From Providencia phage PSTCR4, in sequence record MW057856.1: DNA of 32,000 nt. One strand, given 5' to 3'. A program made the position numbers and the translations under genes. This document shows positions 16,869 through 26,031 of the stretch, in pieces. Numbering within the stretch: position 1 is the first letter of the stretch; each line of letters starts with the position of its first letter. The notes below the pieces were generated by a model that saw nothing but the letters and a program-made list of their open reading frames with translations, did no database searches and was not told where the DNA came from.

Positions 16869-17618
16869 TTAAGCTTCAGATGCTTCTTCTGTTTGTGCAA
16901 CAGGTTCTTTTAATAAGTCTTTGAGAACTTCTGGTAACGGAATATCCACACGGCCATCAACAGCGTTGAATTTTTTCCAGCGTGCGTATTCAGTTTTGAT
17001 ATTACCTTCATTTAAACCGTAGCCAGGAGCTAACTGTAACACAAAAGAAACAGGAACAGGTTGCTGTAAACGAGAAGAACATTCGTCCATTAGTGCCCAT
17101 GCTTGGCCGCATAAAGTTTCTGGACGTGGACGACGTACACCATTTTGCTCAGGCATTTGAGAAGCTGCTTTTTTAGCTTCTGCTTCTGCTTGTTTACGAA
17201 TTTTCTCTTCTTCGCGAAACGCTTTACGAATTTCACCAAAAGATTTTGCGTGTTTTTCAATTTCAGAAACAAGACCTTCTGCTGCTGTTACCGCACCTTT
17301 CAGTTCTTCGTTGTCTTTAAATTTACGGGACTGTTCACGAATTAATTTTAAGCTACCGCGAGCAATTTTTAATTGTTCTTTGCATTGAGCTTCAGATTGT
17401 TTAGTAGCTTCAACGTTAGATGCATCTACACTTGCAATAATTGCACCAACACCAGCAACAATCTCGGTTAAATTGTTATATTCGCGTGTAACTGTTTCAG
17501 TTGCTACTTGAACTTTAGCCTGCAAATCTGCTTGTTTTTTAGCTTCTTTGTCTGCTGCTTCTTTTTTCTTAGCTGCTTCAGCTGCTTCTTTTGCTGCAAT
17601 TTCTTCTGGAGATAACAT
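16869..17618 (-). CDS. Hypothetical coiled-coil phage protein
   Basis: 249 aa. Ala/Lys/Glu-rich helical N-terminus; conserved-looking C-terminal segment ETLCGQAWALMDECS...IKTEYARWKKFN. Confidence 0.7.
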   Translation of the reverse strand: MLSPEEIAAKEAAEAAKKKEAADKEAKKQADLQAKVQVATETVTREYNNLTEIVAGVGAIIASVDASNVEATKQSEAQCKEQLKIARGSLKLIREQSRKFKDNEELKGAVTAAEGLVSEIEKHAKSFGEIRKAFREEEKIRKQAEAEAKKAASQMPEQNGVRRPRPETLCGQAWALMDECSSRLQQPVPVSFVLQLAPGYGLNEGNIKTEYARWKKFNAVDGRVDIPLPEVLKDLLKEPVAQTEEASEA

Positions 17619-17675
17619 AATAAGATCCTTAAACTGTGAATTGTGAAGTTTGTCTTTTGCTAAAAAAGTAAGGTT

Positions 17676-17704
17676 ACTATAATTAATATCTCGTTATTAA
17701 ACAA
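17676..17704 (-). promoter_or_regulatory. Possible promoter upstream of the 249-aa ORF
   Basis: Minus strand TTGTTT, 17 nt spacer, TATAGT. Confidence 0.3.
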
Positions 17705-17717
17705 GTTGATATTTTAA

Positions 17718-18458
17718 TCAAAAAGGTGCTGTTTCTTTGTGCCACTTGCCAAGCTCATTGCTTGCACTATTTCTGTTAACCCCTTGTTTTTCAAGCTCGT
17801 TCATTATTTGTTTACGCAAAGACAAAACTTCACCTTTGTCTGTTGGACTACCTGCATCTAACCACATTGATGTCGCAACATCCCAGATAATTTGTTTACT
17901 TCCGGTCATTCTTTGATGTGAACCTTTATTTATTTTTTGTGCAGGTGTCATACTTTGTGTAATTTTAATATCTTCAACTGTTTTCCAATCGCATTTGAAA
18001 TTTACATTATTAAGATTGCAAGTCGTATCATTTACCAAAAACATCTTATCTACAATGGTTATTGGCATTTTAATGCTTGCAAAACCTTCTTTAATTTTAC
18101 CGTTTTCAATGTGCATATATTCGATGTTTTTATCTATAGCTTGTTGTGCAAAATTGCTAGTCACATTCGCACTAGGTAAATTTTGCGAATACTTTGCAAG
18201 AGTTGTTAATATAATTGCACATACCTTGTCAGAACTGAAGATACATCCTGCTAAATCTCCAGTCAGATGAATATACATTTTTTGAATATCTTCCGGTGAA
18301 TAATCGAGCAAAGATTTATCTGCCGGTATAACGTGCGCACAATCTTTACAAAGTGCGCAACCAAGTTCCCACAAATATTCATAATTATTAGAATATGCAA
18401 GTATTGCCATTTTATCCGAATTGATTAACAAATACATAATATCACCATGGAGCCTCAT
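17718..18458 (-). CDS. Hypothetical protein
   Basis: 246-aa open frame within the operon, overlapping the helicase stop region. Confidence 0.6.
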   Translation of the reverse strand: MRLHGDIMYLLINSDKMAILAYSNNYEYLWELGCALCKDCAHVIPADKSLLDYSPEDIQKMYIHLTGDLAGCIFSSDKVCAIILTTLAKYSQNLPSANVTSNFAQQAIDKNIEYMHIENGKIKEGFASIKMPITIVDKMFLVNDTTCNLNNVNFKCDWKTVEDIKITQSMTPAQKINKGSHQRMTGSKQIIWDVATSMWLDAGSPTDKGEVLSLRKQIMNELEKQGVNRNSASNELGKWHKETAPF

Positions 18459-20352
18459 CTGGATTTTCAGCTATTTTAGCATTCATTATAGTAGTGTTCA
18501 ATCGTGATAACTCTTGTTGGTCTGAATCGTAAGCATTTTGTGCATTTTCAATTATTGCATTAAGATTAATCCCATTAGTAGATAATACCTGAATAGGGAT
18601 TTGTTCATTTGTGGATTGCATTGTGTTAAAACATGTTCCATCGTAACAAATATCTAGGATTTCAGGGAATGCTTTATTCACCCATACTCTTAAATGTGTT
18701 GGTGTAGGTAATTGCGCAACATGTTTTAACGCCTCGTCTACAGTTTCCGGAGTTGGAATGTCTTTTGTACGGGTACGCCACCACTGTCTCGCTTTACGAG
18801 CAGCAAACTCGTTAATGTGGTTAATACATACAAATTCTTCTATTTTTCGACTTCCCACATCATATGTTACTTTCAATGTAGGTGGCTTTGAAGAATCTCC
18901 TCTGTTTAGATTTTTTTGATAAATAACAGATCGTACTGCAAAAGTTTCTACAACTGGTTCTGTAGTTTTAATTAACTCTTTTGTTTCTGCTTGCCTTTTT
19001 AATTTAACTTGAAACTCAAATTCATTTCCACAATAACCTTCCATTTGATGTGGTGCAGGTACACCTCCACAATAACGAGCACTTGCGTGATTCCATGCAC
19101 CACATCTTGCACAGTCTTTAACAGGTGCATCACCTTTTCTTTTCTTTTCTCCAGGCCTCGCAGGTTTAACAGGGTCGTTTATAGGGCCTATTCTTCGCGT
19201 GTTGCCGCTATAATCCAGCACTCTACAATACTGCTTACAACTTGCGGAAATCGCCTGTAATCGTCCCTCTTGCGTGGATAAATCGAATCCTTCGCTATAA
19301 ACGGGACGTGTTCCTCTACCTAACATTTGAACCCATAAGCCAGGAGATGTAGTTGGACGCAACATCACAATTAAGTCCAATTCTGGATGGTCAAACCCCG
19401 TAGTTAAAACGTTATTGTTTGCAATAGCTGTGATTCGACCTTCCTTAAAATCTGTCAGTATTCTAGCTCTATCTGTTGCAGACATCTTACCGTCAACAAC
19501 TTCACATGTTACCCCTTTTGCATTGAGCATTTGGGAAACGGTATTGGCATGTTCTAATCCTGAACAAAATACTAGCCAGCTGTTAAGATGTTCTTGCTCT
19601 GCGGTCATTATTGCTTCGTCTATTGCATTTTCAGTTAGCGAATCTTGATTAACCACATTTTGCAAATCTTTAAGATTAAAGTCTCCCATGCTTTTCTTAA
19701 CTTTACTTACATCGAATTCCATTTTGGTTCTTTTTGAAACAACAGGTACAAGATAACCTTGTTCTATAAACCAATTAAAAGACTCTGGAGTACAAGCGTC
19801 AAACACTTTCTCATCAAACAATGCTTTGTCTTCTGGGAACTGTTTAACAATCGATCCAAATCCGGTTCTGAAATCTGTTGCTGTAAGGCCTATTACTTTC
19901 AAATAAGGATTATATTTTTTTAACTCATCGAAGAATTTTTGATATGTTGTAGATTGCGATGGGCTTATAGTGTGAGCCTCGTCTACAATAATTAAAGATG
20001 TATTTTTAAAGAATGCTGCTTTATTTTTTACAGAACCTATCCCTGCATAAGTTATAGGTCTATAAAGTTCCTTTTTATTTAAACCGGCACTATATATACC
20101 AACTGGCGCATCTGGCCACACGGATACAAGTTTATTATAGTTCTGCTCAATTAGTTCTTTAACGTGTGTTAACATTAATATGTTTTGGTTTCCATAATAG
20201 CGAAACACTAATTCAATAAAACCTGCAATAACTAAGCTCTTACCTGTTCCTGTAGGCAACACAATAAGAGGGTTTCCTGAGTCCGATCCGTGCTTTTCAA
20301 AATAACGAAAAACAGAATAAACGGCCTCCTGTTGATAGTCTCTTAATTTCAT
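18442..20352 (-). CDS. Superfamily II DEAD/DEAH helicase with a Cys-rich insert
   Basis: Walker A VLPTGTGKS, DEAH box IIVDEAHTIS, ATDFRTGFG, MLGRGTRP; CARCGAWNHASARYCGG cluster. Confidence 0.92.
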   Translation of the reverse strand: MKLRDYQQEAVYSVFRYFEKHGSDSGNPLIVLPTGTGKSLVIAGFIELVFRYYGNQNILMLTHVKELIEQNYNKLVSVWPDAPVGIYSAGLNKKELYRPITYAGIGSVKNKAAFFKNTSLIIVDEAHTISPSQSTTYQKFFDELKKYNPYLKVIGLTATDFRTGFGSIVKQFPEDKALFDEKVFDACTPESFNWFIEQGYLVPVVSKRTKMEFDVSKVKKSMGDFNLKDLQNVVNQDSLTENAIDEAIMTAEQEHLNSWLVFCSGLEHANTVSQMLNAKGVTCEVVDGKMSATDRARILTDFKEGRITAIANNNVLTTGFDHPELDLIVMLRPTTSPGLWVQMLGRGTRPVYSEGFDLSTQEGRLQAISASCKQYCRVLDYSGNTRRIGPINDPVKPARPGEKKRKGDAPVKDCARCGAWNHASARYCGGVPAPHQMEGYCGNEFEFQVKLKRQAETKELIKTTEPVVETFAVRSVIYQKNLNRGDSSKPPTLKVTYDVGSRKIEEFVCINHINEFAARKARQWWRTRTKDIPTPETVDEALKHVAQLPTPTHLRVWVNKAFPEILDICYDGTCFNTMQSTNEQIPIQVLSTNGINLNAIIENAQNAYDSDQQELSRLNTTIMNAKIAENPDEAPW

Positions 20353-21356
20353 TATTTCTTCCCGTAATACTCGGCAACATTATATGCAGAACATGCAGCC
20401 AACTGTTCTTCTTTTGTAATTATTTTGTCATGTAATACGCAAGACCATGACCCGTCATCATTTGTTATACTATAACGACAGGTTCTGCAATTAACCTCTG
20501 GCATTTTACCTCGATGACAAACATCAGAATGCTCACACCATTTACATTTAAACCAACTTGATGTATTAGAAATACGAGATGGTAATGTATTAATTGTGGT
20601 TATCTGAATACCCTTATCTATCTCCATATCTGCGAATTCACTATTTAAATAAATAATTTCCGCCCATATTTCATCATTATTTTTATTAACAGCCAAATAT
20701 AATGCAGCCGGCAAATTATAAGCTCTCATGTAAACTTGCATTTGTGTATAATGTTCAGGTTTAGATTCCTCGACACCTTCCTTCTTTAATTTAGCAAAAG
20801 ATTTATCATTATGTGTTTTCATTTCTGTTAACACTGCTAAATTTTGATTATCAAAATCCGGACAACCTACAACAATTCCGTCAATTGCAGAACCTAAATG
20901 TCCACCTCTGTAACTAACACGATATTGATGTCCTTTTTCGTCCTGTTGATAAACCTGAATACCTGCTGCAAGTAACAATGCAATGAATCTTGCTTCTTCT
21001 AAATGACCTCTATTAAATAGTCTTAAGGTTTGACCAGAAAAACGGGGTTTTGTCGCCCATCTAAAAGTAAAAAATAGCTTTGCATTACATTCGTCACCTA
21101 GCATGGAAACGCCCAAATGAGAACGAAACCCCCCGTCGTCTGCTCTATATGCGTCGTCCATACATGGAATAACTTTTCCTAACCATCGGCGATAACTAGA
21201 ACCTTGATCTTGTTCTACTGCTTTTTCAAACGCTTGCATTGTTTTAGTTGCGGGAATTACAACATGACCCATGATAATGTCTCCTGTTACAAAAACAGCT
21301 CCCGAAGGAGCTGTGTAATTAACTTGAAATATTACTGCTGTGCAGGTTGATTCCAA
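20352..21356 (-). CDS. PD-(D/E)XK exonuclease, Cas4/YqaJ-like
   Basis: SAIDGIVVGCPDF, LTEMKTH, YTQMQVYMRAYN; Cys clusters CKWCEHSDVC and CRTCRYS. Confidence 0.82.
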   Translation of the reverse strand: MESTCTAVIFQVNYTAPSGAVFVTGDIIMGHVVIPATKTMQAFEKAVEQDQGSSYRRWLGKVIPCMDDAYRADDGGFRSHLGVSMLGDECNAKLFFTFRWATKPRFSGQTLRLFNRGHLEEARFIALLLAAGIQVYQQDEKGHQYRVSYRGGHLGSAIDGIVVGCPDFDNQNLAVLTEMKTHNDKSFAKLKKEGVEESKPEHYTQMQVYMRAYNLPAALYLAVNKNNDEIWAEIIYLNSEFADMEIDKGIQITTINTLPSRISNTSSWFKCKWCEHSDVCHRGKMPEVNCRTCRYSITNDDGSWSCVLHDKIITKEEQLAACSAYNVAEYYGKK

Positions 21357-22327
21357 GGTGCAGGAGTTTGTCCTGCTACTGGTTGACTAGCACCTGTTTG
21401 CCATGGTGCTGGAGCCTGCTGTGCAGGGTGAGCAGGTTCTTGTGGCGCATTTGGTTGCGCTACTTGGCCTGTTTGTTGTGGTGCGTTTGCTGCCGCTTGT
21501 GCTGCCGGATCTACTTGTTGCTGAGCCCATGCAGGTTGAGCAGCTTGTGTATCAGGAGCCTGCGTTTGTTGTGTTTGCGGTTGTGGCTGTGCTTCTACAA
21601 CAGGAGCCTGAGGTCGATTCCACGGTTGCGTTCCAGCCTGAACAGCTTGTTGGGCTTGTTGCGCCGGAGCCTGTTGCTGCGCTTGTTGGTTCCACGGCTG
21701 ATTTGCCGGTTGCTGTGGCGCATTAGTTTGTGGTTGTGCAGGCTGTTGTGGAGCTGCAAAATTTGGTTGCGTAGGAGCTGTAAATCCTTGCGGAGCTGCT
21801 GCTTGTTGCGCAGGCTGCGAAGGAAATGCATTAGGAGCTTGTCCAGCAAATCCAGGAGGTGGTGTCATTGTGTTGCCTGTTGTACCCACATTAGCGGTGG
21901 CATATTTAACTTGTTTCTGTACAGACTCATATCCAGAAACTTCGTTACGAGGTTCTTCGTCTGCGTCTTTTGGTTTAGTTACTTTCAATTTAATGTGCAG
22001 TGGGCGCATTTGCAACTGCTGAACATCATTAAATTGTGGAACACCTGCAGAAATAGACAACGCTGCCAACTCATTCATACCAATTTCTACAGCCTGTGGG
22101 TTTGCGTTTTGCACGTTGTAATTTGCCCAAACCTTACGACCTGCTGCAAACTCAGGGTGTATAATTTCAAAAGTTGTAGCAATAAACATACCGCCTGGAG
22201 CACGAGTTGGGCGAACTTCTGCGTCTACTACTTGTGCGACATACCAGCCTACCGGCAATGTATCAAATGTTTGTGCTGGATTATGTTGAGAAGCATCAAA
22301 CTGAAAACTTGTGATTTTATCGCTCAT
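21332..22327 (-). CDS. DUF669/SSB-like protein with long Q/P/A-rich C-terminus
   Basis: N-terminal domain LPVGWYVAQVVDAEVRPTRAPGGMFIATTFEIIHPEFAGRKVWANYNV-type pattern; adjacent to nuclease and Sak4-like genes; about 165-aa disordered tail. Confidence 0.72.
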   Translation of the reverse strand: MSDKITSFQFDASQHNPAQTFDTLPVGWYVAQVVDAEVRPTRAPGGMFIATTFEIIHPEFAAGRKVWANYNVQNANPQAVEIGMNELAALSISAGVPQFNDVQQLQMRPLHIKLKVTKPKDADEEPRNEVSGYESVQKQVKYATANVGTTGNTMTPPPGFAGQAPNAFPSQPAQQAAAPQGFTAPTQPNFAAPQQPAQPQTNAPQQPANQPWNQQAQQQAPAQQAQQAVQAGTQPWNRPQAPVVEAQPQPQTQQTQAPDTQAAQPAWAQQQVDPAAQAAANAPQQTGQVAQPNAPQEPAHPAQQAPAPWQTGASQPVAGQTPAPWNQPAQQ

Positions 22328-22336
22328 TGTGATTTC

Positions 22337-23083
22337 CTATTGTTGAGGGTTTGAACCTGCTGCATGTGCAACAATTTTGTTAATAACATTACCCAAATGA
22401 GGGTATTCCATAAATTCCAATGCTCCCGAACGATCTTTCGCTGTTGATTGCATGTCAATGCCTGTTTGTAACCAACGAAAACTCGTCTGAGTTGTTTGAT
22501 CTTTACCTACCTGAAGACGAAAAACCTCGTCAAAGAAGTAGGGAAGTTGATCACCTAATTTAGATCCGGGCATAGCTGGCCCAAAGCGAGTCATGCCGTC
22601 AACATTGTCTTTAGATTTTTCCATTTTTGCAGAAAAATAAACATGTTTGTTTGGAATGTCTCTAAACTTACGAACCAATATTGTCATTCTGTCAATTAGG
22701 TCACCATATGCCTGACGAGGATCTTTGACAGATTTTTTAGCATTACTTAAACACTTTTCCGCAATTTCTGTAATGCTATCTAATCCAACGCTTGAGTATT
22801 GATCTGGATTAGAAATTAGCCAGTTATACGCAGCGTCAACATCTTCGATTGTTTCAATAGTAATAAAACGAACATCGTAACAAATATTAGGCTGATTAAC
22901 TCCAAATACTTTTTCAATGTTCCCGCGACTTAATGATAACAAACCACTTTCCGCACTAATAATAATGGGGTTCGGTAATGTTGCACATAGCATTGTTTTA
23001 CCAATACCTGCATCACCGTATGTAAGAATCTTAACCCCAAAATCATTAGTCATTTGTGACGTACTTCCGAATTGCATTGCCAT
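22337..23083 (-). CDS. Sak4-like RecA-fold ATPase
   Basis: ILTYGDAGIGKTMLCATLPNPIIISAESGLLSL; SVGLDSITEIAEKC; position next to the SSB-like gene. Confidence 0.83.
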   Translation of the reverse strand: MAMQFGSTSQMTNDFGVKILTYGDAGIGKTMLCATLPNPIIISAESGLLSLSRGNIEKVFGVNQPNICYDVRFITIETIEDVDAAYNWLISNPDQYSSVGLDSITEIAEKCLSNAKKSVKDPRQAYGDLIDRMTILVRKFRDIPNKHVYFSAKMEKSKDNVDGMTRFGPAMPGSKLGDQLPYFFDEVFRLQVGKDQTTQTSFRWLQTGIDMQSTAKDRSGALEFMEYPHLGNVINKIVAHAAGSNPQQ

Positions 23084-23143
23084 TACAGACTCCTAATGTG
23101 GTTAAGGTCTACATAATACAACTAATTCAATTAGATAAACAAG

Positions 23144-24073
23144 TTAATCTTTAACAATATCGCTAGGATTGCGAATATTTACAAAAGTTGGGAATCTTGG
23201 CTTATCTTTAACACCTTTTGGAAAGTGTTTATATGAAATTATCTGATTTACAATTTTATAAGGATTTTGAAAATAATCCCGTCTTTCTTCTGCTGTCATT
23301 TTACCAGCACTAACCGTGATGATATTGCCAGTCTTAACATCTCGACATTGCAAGCTTCCGACCATCCCATTTGGAACCATATTATCCATATGAGAGCTTC
23401 GTTTTGCGTACCCTAAACGATCTTCAACCAACTCATTTTCGTTGGTCTGGCCTTCGTTAATACTTAATACAAGGGCGTCCTCTTGTACAAATGTTTTATA
23501 TCGAACATAACCACATTGTAATGCTGTAGATCTTCCGTGCTTATATTTTGCAGACGGATCTCTTCCAATAGATCCTTCATAACCCATGTCGCACCATATC
23601 ATATCCTGTTCTAAAAACTCGATTTCGTTATAGACCATTACATAAGGTACAACTTTAATATATTCGAATTTACCTTGTTCGTGTTGTGTTGCAATAAAAT
23701 CTCGCATCATTGCATAGCGTTCTATGTAAGATTTGTTTGCAACAGTTAACGCACATAAATCGAATACGTTCCAATAAATTTCAGGATTACCTTGAATTGT
23801 ACTAAGGGCAGATGAAGTAATTCTACAAAGATCGCTACGAGTCAAATCGTCACCAAGTGTTAATTCTCCATCAAAGCCCATATATTCAGGTCTGCCAAAA
23901 CGCTCATTTGAAAACAGATTATCCAAAGGTCTTAATGTTCTTCCTACCAAAGACCCATGAATATTTAATCCTCTTACACCATCAATTTTAGGCATAGACA
24001 TTAATGGAAATCTTGCTTTTTTAAGATCTATATCACATGCCAAAAATGGTTTAAAGTGAGCCTGTTGTTTCAT
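23144..24073 (-). CDS. ATP-dependent DNA ligase
   Basis: Nucleotidyltransferase motif MPKIDGVRG; FDGELTL; GYEGSIGRDPSAKYKHGRS. Confidence 0.87.
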   Translation of the reverse strand: MKQQAHFKPFLACDIDLKKARFPLMSMPKIDGVRGLNIHGSLVGRTLRPLDNLFSNERFGRPEYMGFDGELTLGDDLTRSDLCRITSSALSTIQGNPEIYWNVFDLCALTVANKSYIERYAMMRDFIATQHEQGKFEYIKVVPYVMVYNEIEFLEQDMIWCDMGYEGSIGRDPSAKYKHGRSTALQCGYVRYKTFVQEDALVLSINEGQTNENELVEDRLGYAKRSSHMDNMVPNGMVGSLQCRDVKTGNIITVSAGKMTAEERRDYFQNPYKIVNQIISYKHFPKGVKDKPRFPTFVNIRNPSDIVKD

Positions 24074-24642
24074 ACTTTTACCTTTTTATTTTCTATTAAT
24101 TCGCATACATGTTTAAGATTAGATTTAGAATCTTTATGTTTATCTTTGTTACGTGTTTTGTTTTTAGCTAAACGCTTCTTTTCTTTTTCCAACCGAATTA
24201 ATGATCTGGCCTTTTGCATATAATCGTAAGCAAGTCTATCGCAATATTGTTGCGCTTTAGATCGACTATCTAAAGTCTTACTATGTCCTTTTACATGCCT
24301 AAATGTTATCTTTAATTTGTATTTAGTTACAATATTAGAAAACCAGTCACAGATCTTTTTTCTTACTTCACATTGTCCTAAAGTATTTCCTTTTAAAATA
24401 CCAAGACCATCTGTAGCATCACATTGAATTAATACTATGTCCCCTGCGAAAATTAACCCTCCTTTCATTGCATAAGCAAGTGCATTACATATACCCATAG
24501 CTTCTGCGACACCTGAATTAGTGGCTCCATTTAGTATAGAGCCATACGATTTTTTACCCCTTTTACATGCAACCCAAGAACCAAATCCCGCGGCCTTTGT
24601 TTTATCACAGTAAGAGGCATCACTTATGATAGTTACATGCAT
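24070..24642 (-). CDS. Ribonuclease H-like protein
   Basis: SDASYCDKTKAAGFGSW, VAEAMGICNAL, QCDATDG, FRHVKGHS, YCDRLAYD fit the DEDD/RNase H pattern. Confidence 0.82.
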   Translation of the reverse strand: MHVTIISDASYCDKTKAAGFGSWVACKRGKKSYGSILNGATNSGVAEAMGICNALAYAMKGGLIFAGDIVLIQCDATDGLGILKGNTLGQCEVRKKICDWFSNIVTKYKLKITFRHVKGHSKTLDSRSKAQQYCDRLAYDYMQKARSLIRLEKEKKRLAKNKTRNKDKHKDSKSNLKHVCELIENKKVKV

Positions 24643-25055
24643 TATAATGTTATCTTTAATGTAGGGGATGCAGGTTTGATTTCTACTAACTGACCAAACA
24701 CTTCTTTTGCTTCACCTGTTAACGTTTTGTATTCTTTAATCTTTAACTCAGGTTTGCTTTTAATGTAATCGTCTATGTTAATTTGCATTTCTGCACATTG
24801 TTTACGAACAGATTCCATCAATTCTGGTAAAACTTTATAACTTAGTTTGTGCTCCATTGCTAAAATAGCACCATCAGGTAACTCATGTTTGTTGATTCCC
24901 ACTTTTGGATTAGGAAAAAAGTAACGAGATAATGCAGTACGAAGCGCCATTTCTGTTTCTTTAATTGACCGTAATTGATCAGCTAAACGATACCATTCCG
25001 CAAGTTGTTGCATTGCATGTTCATCGTTTTGAATTACAAATACAGGTTTAGACAT
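24642..25055 (-). CDS. Conserved-type hypothetical phage protein
   Basis: 137-aa open frame with ATGA-type overlap to the RNase H gene. Confidence 0.65.
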   Translation of the reverse strand: MSKPVFVIQNDEHAMQQLAEWYRLADQLRSIKETEMALRTALSRYFFPNPKVGINKHELPDGAILAMEHKLSYKVLPELMESVRKQCAEMQINIDDYIKSKPELKIKEYKTLTGEAKEVFGQLVEIKPASPTLKITL

Positions 25056-25113
25056 TTTTAATTACTCCATTTGTTAAATTTAAAACTACTATAAAACAAT
25101 TCAACATTAAAAG

Positions 25114-25566
25114 CTAGGATGCATTTCCACGGTCTTTGATGTACTGAATCGCATGTTCTTTAAAAATTTCTAAAAAATCTTCTATGGACATTTCAGCACG
25201 AACCCATTTTATTTGCTCTTCATTGTATGCACGTAAAGGGTTAACAAACATTACACATTTCCATTTCTTTTGATTCTGCCTGTATAACAGCACTGGAAAT
25301 TTACCTGTTTCTTCTGCGCTAACCACAGTTTGTTTCCACCATGTATTGATGGCTAGGTTTTCTTGTCTTTTAACTTCTATTGCATAATTACAAGTGTTAG
25401 AGATATCGCATCCGCCGACAGCAGATTGATTTTGATTTCTTTGTGCGATATCTTTTTCTGGAAAGGGGATATTTAGAATGGCATATACTTTACGATAAAC
25501 ATCGTTCAACATTCTACAGATTTCCCTTTCCCCTTCCTGACCCTTAGTTCTTACATTTATTGCCAT
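25114..25566 (-). CDS. PD-(D/E)XK nuclease, Holliday-junction-resolvase-like
   Basis: KGQEGEREICRMLND, GGCDISN, YAIEVKRQEN, WWKQTV. Confidence 0.75.
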   Translation of the reverse strand: MAINVRTKGQEGEREICRMLNDVYRKVYAILNIPFPEKDIAQRNQNQSAVGGCDISNTCNYAIEVKRQENLAINTWWKQTVVSAEETGKFPVLLYRQNQKKWKCVMFVNPLRAYNEEQIKWVRAEMSIEDFLEIFKEHAIQYIKDRGNAS

Positions 25567-25678
25567 CTTTTTTATCCTTACTTTTAACAGGTGCTTTCGG
25601 TTTAATAGGAAAAATGTGGTTAGGGTAAGAGAAAATTGGATTAGTCCAAAATGGAACTTTTAAATGAGGATCAAACAT
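25544..25678 (-). CDS. Hypothetical 44-aa Pro/Lys-rich protein
   Basis: MFDPHLKVPFWTNPIFSYPNHIFPIKPKAPVKSKDKKDGNKCKN; GGAG about 7 nt upstream. Below the track cutoff. Confidence 0.45.
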   Translation of the reverse strand: MFDPHLKVPFWTNPIFSYPNHIFPIKPKAPVKSKDKKDGNKCKN

Positions 25679-25706
25679 AATAATGCTCCGTTGTTAAATT
25701 AAACGT

Positions 25707-25735
25707 ATTATATTTAAATCATTTGCAATATACAA
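25707..25735 (-). promoter_or_regulatory. Possible promoter of the long leftward replication/modification operon
   Basis: Minus strand TTGTAT, 17 nt spacer, TATAAT, just downstream of the 25738-25766 terminator. Confidence 0.5.
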
Positions 25736-25737
25736 AT

Positions 25738-25766
25738 AAAAAAAAAGACCTATCCGAAGATAGGTC
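25738..25766 (-). terminator. Intrinsic terminator with UUCG tetraloop
   Basis: Minus strand GACCTATC-TTCG-GATAGGTC followed by nine Ts; perfect 8-bp stem. Confidence 0.93.
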
Positions 25767-25985
25767 AAACAGGGATGGAAAATTGAAATTACATCTAAAG
25801 GTATCACATGCGCAAATTCTAAAATAAGTCTACCTATTTTAGAATCCCCTCAGAAACAAACACGACATTTGCTCCTAAGGGGGAATCGTACTTCTTCTGG
25901 AATTATCACAGTATCCAGTGGGCTCTGTGAAGCCCGATTTTGCGTACACTATTATATTGTCTTACCCGTATACGCCAATCCAGGG
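25738..25985 (-). ncRNA. Candidate structured non-coding RNA of about 240 nt
   Basis: No long ORF; strong upstream promoter match; inverted repeats 25968-25975/25942-25949, 25931-25935/25920-25924, 25914-25918/25897-25901, 25875-25882/25846-25853, 25835-25845/25816-25826; then the UUCG terminator. Confidence 0.6.
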
Positions 25986-25990
25986 TAGTC

Positions 25991-26020
25991 TTTATACTTT
26001 TGCAACAAAACTACAGTCAA
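25991..26020 (-). promoter_or_regulatory. Sigma70-like promoter driving the candidate ncRNA
   Basis: Minus strand TTGACT, 18 nt spacer, TATAAA (5/6 matches in each hexamer). Confidence 0.65.
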
Positions 26021-26021
26021 G

Positions 26022-26031
26022 GAGTTAACTC
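26022..26031. promoter_or_regulatory. 10-bp perfect palindrome GAGTTAACTC, possible operator
   Basis: Located 1 nt upstream of the -35 hexamer of the candidate ncRNA promoter. Confidence 0.4.

Noticed and set aside
11344-18458. Restriction-modification, toxin-antitoxin or known anti-phage defence operon among these genes
   Set aside because: The identifiable genes fit the phage's own 7-deazaguanine modification and replication functions; no methyltransferase, typical toxin pair or defence effector was recognised.
21347-22354. 335-aa plus-strand ORF opposite the SSB-like gene
   Set aside because: Leu/Arg/Cys-rich shadow frame of the Q/P/A-repeat coding region; no matching operon direction; the minus-strand protein has a recognisable domain.
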